A stretch of 24,268 nt of DNA from a virus (taxonomy: Duplodnaviria; Caudoviricetes), in the IMG/VR virus record IMGVR_UViG_3300034045_000073, positions 1 to 24,268 of that record. One strand, 5' to 3'. Below the pieces are notes generated by a model, which made no database searches, was not told the DNA's origin, and saw only the letters and a list, made by a program, of their open reading frames with translations. Both the position numbers and the translations under genes were made by a program. This document shows, piece after piece, positions 18,775 through 24,268 of the stretch; within the stretch, counting starts at the first letter, position 1; each line of letters opens with the position of its first letter.

Positions 18775-19540
18775 TAGCTAGTGCTCCTTTAAGGTATTGT
18801 TTATTGTTTATTATCGTTACGTTCTTTTTAAACCAATTAGTGCATGAATCGATAACTTTCTGCGTTGGTCTAAGCTGGCTTGGAATATCACTTAAACCAG
18901 CATCAGAGATACGGATTTCTGAACCAGTCCATGTGATTAACCAACCAACACCTAAAGGGTTCCAGTATTTTATAATTATTCCCTGTGTGGTGTTATTTTG
19001 ATATTTAACATCTACTTTTTCAGGGTGTAAATATAGAGTTTCTCCTGTGTCAGCAAATTTTCTTAAAGGTATAGCCTCTAATAGTTCAAGTTTGGACTGA
19101 TACTCTTTGAACTGTTCATGCTCTTTGTTGTAAGTGCTACTTAGGAGGTTGAAGTTTCTAATCTTCTCGTCGAGTTTGATTTTGGTTTCTTTTAATCGTC
19201 GTTTAAAGCCTTTTATGTCACCCTCAGCTTTAAGCGCCTTGAGTTCTTTTTCAGCTTTAACTCGTTTAGTTGTTTCTTCCAAAAGCTTTCTATTTTGTTG
19301 TTGTGGGTTCCCAGCAACACCATTCAGAGCCTCTTTTAAATTGTATTTAAGCTGTGATATTTCCAACCGCGCAGTAACTAATAAATCCTGCAACTTTTCA
19401 TAATCATCAACAAGCATATTGTATTCTTTTAGTTCATTATCCATTCTGAATATATATTGCTGGGTTAAGAGTCCTAAATCCATTTTGGCTATTGATTCTA
19501 GTAGGGTGTGTTGTGCTTGGTCTACCGTCGATTCATTCAT
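18749..19540 (-). CDS. Coiled-coil protein of unknown function
   Basis: 263-aa ORF with a long E/K/L heptad region and a small C-terminal alpha/beta domain. Confidence 0.7.
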   Translation of the reverse strand: MNESTVDQAQHTLLESIAKMDLGLLTQQYIFRMDNELKEYNMLVDDYEKLQDLLVTARLEISQLKYNLKEALNGVAGNPQQQNRKLLEETTKRVKAEKELKALKAEGDIKGFKRRLKETKIKLDEKIRNFNLLSSTYNKEHEQFKEYQSKLELLEAIPLRKFADTGETLYLHPEKVDVKYQNNTTQGIIIKYWNPLGVGWLITWTGSEIRISDAGLSDIPSQLRPTQKVIDSCTNWFKKNVTIINNKQYLKGALANATIQKSA

Positions 19541-19566
19541 AATAAGTCTCTAATCTAAGTTATTGG

Positions 19567-19586
19567 GCGAGGGTTGTTACCCTCGC
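19567..19586. promoter_or_regulatory. Intergenic stem-loop (possible terminator or mRNA-stability hairpin)
   Basis: GCGAGGGT-TGTT-ACCCTCGC; no U-tract on the transcribed (-) strand. Confidence 0.5.
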
Positions 19587-19630
19587 TAGTTATTTTACTA
19601 TTTAATTTTAGTTATTAGTAATTTTATTTA

Positions 19631-22483
19631 CTAAAGGCTCTTTGGTACTTGTTGTAAATAGTCCACAACATACTGCCTGTGTTTTTTATCTAACTTAGTC
19701 CCCGCGAGTTCTTCTGGTATATAACCCTCTAGCACAGGGGCTTCATCTAACTCAATCTGACCAAAAGGGGCTTTTACTGGGTGATAGGGTTCCAATGTTA
19801 ACCCAACTGAAACCGTACCATCTAGTTTTAACCATTTAACTAAGTCAGGGTGACTACACATAACTTCTAAAATTCTATTCCCAAAAGCTACAGCTTGTGT
19901 GTGGTGAACAGAAAAAACTAATTCATCGTGGATTGGCACTTTAAAGTAAGCATCCCATTGTGTGTCTGGAGAGCTTATTTCGTCTACAAGCTTTTTGATT
20001 GACCGCTTAGCAAGTGTAGCACAACCACCTTGAATTTTAGCGTTTACAACTTGGTTACCAGCCCTGCGTTGAATCTTTTTAGCCACGAATTGTCCAAATG
20101 TTGATACCGCAGGATGTTGGTAAGCATCAAACTTTGCAGTGAAAGTCATAAACCAATCTTGAGTAGCTTCATATCGAGTTCGTCTATGACCATCAAACAC
20201 CCAAACAAAACCAGCATCTCTGGCTTCGTCAATAGTAGTAAGACGCCAATGCTCCGCAACTTCGAAAGTATTTCGATAGTTCTCTGTACCGAGCCACATT
20301 TCATCAAGTGTCCAACCCAGTTTTTCTTGGACTGTCATCAAACTTCCTGAATACCAATATCCAAAGTTTGAGGGTTTACCCGCATCACCACGCCAGAATT
20401 TGTAAGCACTTTTAGCATCAAGTTCTTGGTGTGTTATAGGGTGCATAAAGACTCTCGGAAACTTAGCTTTTAACTCCGCTATCTGTTGTGCGTTGCTGGT
20501 AACGAGTTCTTTCAAGGTTTCATCCCCAAAGTCAGGGTAGTAAACCTGAATTGCTGAGGTTGCCGCGCCAAGATGTAGGTCTGTATATGGTAAGCTACCA
20601 TAGGCTTCAAAGAACATTGGATCATGGGATTCTTCACCAATCAAAACCAACTCAACTTGCGACCAATCCACTGAGACTAGAACATGGTCATCTTTTTCTG
20701 GCAAGAAAAAACCCCGAACGTATGTTGATTCGCCTCGTTTACTTAGTTGCATGGTGTTGGGGTTTTCACAAGACATACGTCTAGTGTTTAATGTTGACCT
20801 GATGATTGGGTACATCCGTTTTGTATCTGGGTCAGTCAAGTATAAATAAGGGTTTATATAGAGTTTGATTCTTGTGTCTATTTTTGTGAGCGTGTTTAAT
20901 AGCGAAATTATTTCTAGTACACTCTCTGAATCATAGTCATTAACTAATACTGAGCCTATGTTGTTTTGACTTTCAGCGTCTAAATTTCTAAAATCTTTAT
21001 TATATCTGCTGAGTTCTTTTACCCAAAGCTCTACAGACTTTCCAAGCTGTGCAGGGGATTCTCCAAGTAGCTTAGCAACATCAAGTAATTTTCCTCTAGC
21101 CTCAACATCTGTGCTTATCTCACCTTTATTATAAACAAAAGGCAAATCACACAAATCATGCAAAATGACTCTTTGAACCATGTAATGCTGTAAATTAGGT
21201 CTAGTTGCTTTAACTTTAGCAGTTACCGTGGCATCTTCTTGGGCTTCCCACTTTTCTGTTATAGCTCCATTGACTAGACGAGCAACCTCAAAATCACTCA
21301 AGCTATCGTTGTAAGCGTCAACAAAATCCACTATCTTAGCTCTAGCTTTCTCAAAACCTTTTAGGGTTTTACCTAGATACCATTTGGCTTGTTTAACTAC
21401 CAATCTAGGCGTTGGCTCTGGTTTAAAGCTCAGTTTTTTTAGTACCCTAGCTAAGGCTCTAAGCGTTTCAACGTAGCTTTCTCTCTCAACCAACTCTCGT
21501 TCATAGATTGCGGCTTCATTGACGCGCCAACCCGTTGCCCAACAATCTGACCAAATATAAGGCATAGGATTTTCTTGTTCAAAAAATACTTGTATTAAGT
21601 TGGGGTTGGTTTCTTGCATGAATTGACAAAGCCTATCAAACAGGCGAACACACCAGTAAGCGTCATCAGCACCATATTGAAGTACTTGTTCTGAGTCTAA
21701 AAGCCCCATGTGCGCTTTGCCAGCTAAGCAATCTTTGAATTCTTGTTGTTCATAATTGAAGAAAGACTTAACCGCTTTCTTTAACCCATAACCATAAGTC
21801 ATGCTTTTTACAAAACCATTATAGCTATGGTCTGCTATTGATTGTTTGGCAATAACTTGGGTGATTAGGTCTTGCTGCTCGGTTGTGAAATTATTATCCC
21901 ATGTACAGTTAGTGAAGTGTTTTTTGATGTTAGGTATAAGCTTTGAAATACCGCGCAAATCTGAGTTCTTAAAGGTTTGGATTGAGTATTCATCATCATT
22001 GTAGGCACTAACAGCCATTTGCATAGTATCTACATAATTCTTTCCTAAATCAAAGTTCCAAGTTTTTAAGCACATAGTACGCTCAAAACAATAATTATGT
22101 ATTACCCAAGTACAAGAGGATTTTATAATTTCTAAAGCTTGTAATACGACTGATAAATCAACTCTATTATGTTTGTCTTTATGTGCAACATTAACATAGT
22201 AATTCTCAGAATCTCCACGTACATAAATAGAAAAACCTGTAATGACTGTTCTGTTAGTATCAAACACGAGTTTCTTTGGTGATTTGTAAGCTTCACTCGT
22301 TGGGTCAATAACCATAAACTTATTCAACCCATCGTGACGTTTACTGTCTTCCGTCTCAATATCGAAACCAACAAGCGCTTTTGAACTTGCTGCATGATTT
22401 GCTACATCTAGTAATAGGTGTTGGTTTTGGTTGGTTATTAATTTTTGTAGAATACCTGTGTATTCATTTTCAATAGTTATCAT
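19631..22483 (-). CDS. polA: Family A DNA polymerase with 3'-5' exonuclease domain
   Basis: Exonuclease motifs FDIETED, HNYCFER, YGADDA; motif A VDWSQVEL, motif B GKPSNFGYWYSG, motif C IHDELV. Confidence 0.95.
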   Translation of the reverse strand: MITIENEYTGILQKLITNQNQHLLLDVANHAASSKALVGFDIETEDSKRHDGLNKFMVIDPTSEAYKSPKKLVFDTNRTVITGFSIYVRGDSENYYVNVAHKDKHNRVDLSVVLQALEIIKSSCTWVIHNYCFERTMCLKTWNFDLGKNYVDTMQMAVSAYNDDEYSIQTFKNSDLRGISKLIPNIKKHFTNCTWDNNFTTEQQDLITQVIAKQSIADHSYNGFVKSMTYGYGLKKAVKSFFNYEQQEFKDCLAGKAHMGLLDSEQVLQYGADDAYWCVRLFDRLCQFMQETNPNLIQVFFEQENPMPYIWSDCWATGWRVNEAAIYERELVERESYVETLRALARVLKKLSFKPEPTPRLVVKQAKWYLGKTLKGFEKARAKIVDFVDAYNDSLSDFEVARLVNGAITEKWEAQEDATVTAKVKATRPNLQHYMVQRVILHDLCDLPFVYNKGEISTDVEARGKLLDVAKLLGESPAQLGKSVELWVKELSRYNKDFRNLDAESQNNIGSVLVNDYDSESVLEIISLLNTLTKIDTRIKLYINPYLYLTDPDTKRMYPIIRSTLNTRRMSCENPNTMQLSKRGESTYVRGFFLPEKDDHVLVSVDWSQVELVLIGEESHDPMFFEAYGSLPYTDLHLGAATSAIQVYYPDFGDETLKELVTSNAQQIAELKAKFPRVFMHPITHQELDAKSAYKFWRGDAGKPSNFGYWYSGSLMTVQEKLGWTLDEMWLGTENYRNTFEVAEHWRLTTIDEARDAGFVWVFDGHRRTRYEATQDWFMTFTAKFDAYQHPAVSTFGQFVAKKIQRRAGNQVVNAKIQGGCATLAKRSIKKLVDEISSPDTQWDAYFKVPIHDELVFSVHHTQAVAFGNRILEVMCSHPDLVKWLKLDGTVSVGLTLEPYHPVKAPFGQIELDEAPVLEGYIPEELAGTKLDKKHRQYVVDYLQQVPKSL

Positions 22484-22511
22484 CGTCGATTCCAGTTATA
22501 AAAAATAGAGA

Positions 22512-22805
22512 TTAGCTCTGGTTGTTTTCTTTTCTAATTATATCTAGGGCTAACTTAGAATAACCCTGAATATCTTGGAAATTGTCATCATAAAGAGGAT
22601 TTCCATTAACGTGTCTACTGATTTTATGCAAAATCATTTCAATAGCTTCCTTTTGGTAGGCTGGGAGATTAACCCAGTTCGGATGTTTGGATACAGAAGC
22701 TTTTAAGGATTGTGATAGTTTTGAGTTTACTTTGAAACTGCCATAATTGGCTCCGCGTTCAGCTAGTATATCGTCGATTTTTGGCATTTTATTTATATTT
22801 CTCAT
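22512..22805 (-). CDS. Conserved small phage protein (DUF6378-like helical domain)
   Basis: ILAERGANYGSF...EAIEMILHKISR...DDNFQDIQGYSKL; the start could alternatively be ATG 22787. Confidence 0.7.
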   Translation of the reverse strand: MRNINKMPKIDDILAERGANYGSFKVNSKLSQSLKASVSKHPNWVNLPAYQKEAIEMILHKISRHVNGNPLYDDNFQDIQGYSKLALDIIRKENNQS

Positions 22806-22920
22806 GTTGGTGTAAATATTTATATTTTAGTATGAAAGCTAGAAAGTCCCTTTAGGTTTTCATTCGTTAGTTTTATATTTCAAGACTTTGACTATTCTGT
22901 ATTTCATCTAAAAATATGGA

Positions 22921-23130
22921 CTATTTCTTTTTATTTATAGTGTTAGGCGGTTTGTTGAATTCGTGTATGTGATCACCTATCCAGTTGTCCTTTTCTCGTT
23001 CGCTGTTGAATCTGATCACTGGCATTCTATCAAACATGGGTTTTTTGGTTATATCGAAATCATATTGGTTTTCAATTAACCACTCTACACACTCGCCCAT
23101 ATCCATTTTTAATAAATCTTCTATTTTCAT
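22921..23130 (-). CDS. Hypothetical protein, 69 aa
   Basis: AGGA SD; lies between the relic site at 22942 and attC-like site A. Confidence 0.65.
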   Translation of the reverse strand: MKIEDLLKMDMGECVEWLIENQYDFDITKKPMFDRMPVIRFNSEREKDNWIGDHIHEFNKPPNTINKKK

Positions 23131-23157
23131 TCGTTTATATTCCTGTGTTTATGGCAA

Positions 23158-23246
23158 ATATAACAACATAAATAAATGGGACGCAAAACAGTTTGTCGCC
23201 CCTCGTTAACTTTTGTACTGTGCGCCCTTTTTTATAAGGGTTAGAA
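23158..23246 (+). mobile_element. attC-like recombination site A (89 bp)
   Basis: R'' ATATAAC, spacer AACAT, L'' AAATAAAT, inner stem GGGaCGCA/TGCGCCC, T-rich L', R' GTTAGAA. Confidence 0.7.
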
Positions 23247-23435
23247 AGAATTAACTCCAAACCCTGCCGCTACTGCCATAAACATTCTGGCTTGACGTAA
23301 ATCCGCCTTACTACTTCTGTATTTGTCAGGATTTTCTATGCGGTCAATTCTTTCAGCTTCATTTGCTGCCTTACGTTTTTTTATTGTCTCGTTGTGAATA
23401 CGTGCAGCTTCTTTCTTTTTCGCACTATTTCCCAT
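23241..23435 (-). CDS. Basic hypothetical protein, 64 aa (cassette gene)
   Basis: AGGAG SD; its TAA stop is the complement of TTA in the R' box of site A. Confidence 0.7.
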   Translation of the reverse strand: MGNSAKKKEAARIHNETIKKRKAANEAERIDRIENPDKYRSSKADLRQARMFMAVAAGFGVNSF

Positions 23436-23460
23436 AACTATGCACTCCTGTTAATTAAAT

Positions 23461-23558
23461 TTCTAACAACTCGTTCAAGTACTCTCGCTCTGCTCGTCGG
23501 AAAATAACAGTTCGCTAGCTCACAAAACGTTATTTCCGCTTAACAGTAAAGGTTAGGC
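23461..23558 (+). mobile_element. attC-like recombination site B (98 bp)
   Basis: TTCTAAC-AACTC-GTTCAAGT ... CGGAAAATAAC/GTTATTTCCG stem ... GCTTAAC-AGTAAAG-GTTAGGC; close to canonical R''-L''-L'-R' architecture. Confidence 0.85.
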
Positions 23559-23560
23559 GG

Positions 23561-23764
23561 TTAATCCAGTTTCAACGTTTTGTGCAAGCTGTCAAAATCT
23601 GCCGCCCTGACATCTTTTACTATTTTATTTATTTGGCTATCTGGCAAACCAAGCTTATTTAGCGTTTGTTCAAAAGCTATTTGCAGTCTTGTTCGGTCAT
23701 TAGCAACCTTGCAAAGTTCTTCGCCAAACTTTTGCAGCATCCTAGCTTTATCACCAGTAGCCAT
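23561..23764 (-). CDS. Hypothetical helical protein, 67 aa (cassette gene downstream of acb2)
   Basis: Starts 3 nt after the acb2 stop and ends 2 nt from the R' box of site B. Confidence 0.65.
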   Translation of the reverse strand: MATGDKARMLQKFGEELCKVANDRTRLQIAFEQTLNKLGLPDSQINKIVKDVRAADFDSLHKTLKLD

Positions 23765-23767
23765 AAC

Positions 23768-23992
23768 TTAAAAACTCTCTGGTTGTGCTATAGCACGAAC
23801 AGCAGCCATAAAGCCTTTTTGTAAATCAGTTTTAGCTACTGAAACCCAGCGCTGATCTAGCTGTTTATTGCTCTGTAATTCTTCGATTAAAAATCCTACT
23901 TCTTCTGCTTTCGCTTTAACAGCGTTCATTGCGTTAATTTCGGCTTGACTTAAATCGCGATAGCCTTTAATTTTCTTGTGTTGATTATCCAT
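23768..23992 (-). CDS. acb2: Acb2-family anti-CBASS cyclic-oligonucleotide sponge, 74 aa
   Basis: MDNQHKKIKGYRDLSQ...K26...RWVSVAKTDLQKGFMAAVRAIAQPESF matches my recollection of Pseudomonas phage Acb2. Start set at ATG 23992 (AGAGG SD) because the longer ORF-track start runs through site C. Confidence 0.9.
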   Translation of the reverse strand: MDNQHKKIKGYRDLSQAEINAMNAVKAKAEEVGFLIEELQSNKQLDQRWVSVAKTDLQKGFMAAVRAIAQPESF

Positions 23993-24031
23993 TGTGTTTC
24001 CTCTTTCTTTGATTAAGTTGCCAAGCAAACC

Positions 24032-24125
24032 GCCTAACAACGCGTTTAAATTCACTCCCTTTGGTCGTCGGATTCGTTACAGTTGGTTCCCAACTTTCAC
24101 TCACCGCTTAACGCAAAGGTTATAT
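24032..24125 (+). mobile_element. attC-like recombination site C (94 bp)
   Basis: GCCTAAC-AACGC-GTTTAAAT ... GCTTAAC-GCAAAG-GTTATAT; shares the internal TCGTCGGA and CCGCTTAAC elements with site B. Confidence 0.8.
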
Positions 24126-24266
24126 TGCCTTTGTTGCTTTTTGTGCAATCTTCCATGCAGCGGTAAGCTTAGCCAATTCCCCACCTGTAATTTCTTGGTG
24201 GCTCTTGATGTCATTCAACGCTTTAGTTAGCTTTTCAATATGATTAGCCATACCTAAACATAAATA
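24120..24266 (-). CDS. 3' end of a hypothetical protein, probably truncated by the window edge
   Basis: Frame is open from the edge: YLCLGMANHIEKLTKALNDIKSHQEITGGELAKLTAAWKIAQKATKAI*; the stop lies in the R' box of site C. Not in the ORF track. Confidence 0.55.
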   Translation of the reverse strand, partial: YLCLGMANHIEKLTKALNDIKSHQEITGGELAKLTAAWKIAQKATKAI

Positions 24267-24268
24267 CT

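Noticed and set aside
23993-24055. 21-aa N-terminal extension of Acb2 given by the ORF track
   Set aside because: It overlaps attC-like site C; ATG 23992 has a good SD and matches the family N-terminus.
23158-24125. The three intergenic hairpins as simple terminators or REP/ERIC elements
   Set aside because: Conserved R/L box spacing and offset flank complementarity are not explained by terminators, and sites B and C lack U-tracts.
1387-24230. Short opposite-strand ORFs from the track (1387, 7113, 8313, 11164, 14145, 18765, 19134, 20114, 20551, 22985, 23580, 23994)
   Set aside because: They are antisense shadows of well-supported genes or run through attC-like sites, with no recognisable motifs.

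Overview
A 24 kb segment of a temperate tailed-phage genome. The host is probably a gammaproteobacterium (inferred from the Gram-negative lysis and outer-membrane genes and an IHF site). The + strand (1-7761) carries the 3' part of a large virion/fibre protein, two small structural genes, a membrane protein / periplasmic protein / beta-barrel trio, a GH108 endolysin and a holin. An apparently intact attP (arm repeats, IHF site) follows at about 7855-8114. The - strand carries, read right to left, small early genes, family A DNA polymerase, a DEDDh exonuclease, a MazG-like NTP pyrophosphatase, a primase-helicase, a ProQ/FinO-domain protein, a PD-(D/E)XK nuclease, SbcD/SbcC (Mre11/Rad50), excisionase and a tyrosine integrase. 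Three signals stand out. (1) At the right end, three integron attC-like sites plus a relic fourth bracket phage genes, including an Acb2 anti-CBASS homologue, with the flank complementarity expected of mobile cassettes and all ORFs antisense to the sites. (2) A 9-bp palindrome, ATCGACGAT, overlaps the start codon of 10 genes on both strands. (3) A porin-like barrel and its periplasmic partner sit directly upstream of the lysis genes. All homology calls are motif recognition by eye; no searches were run.
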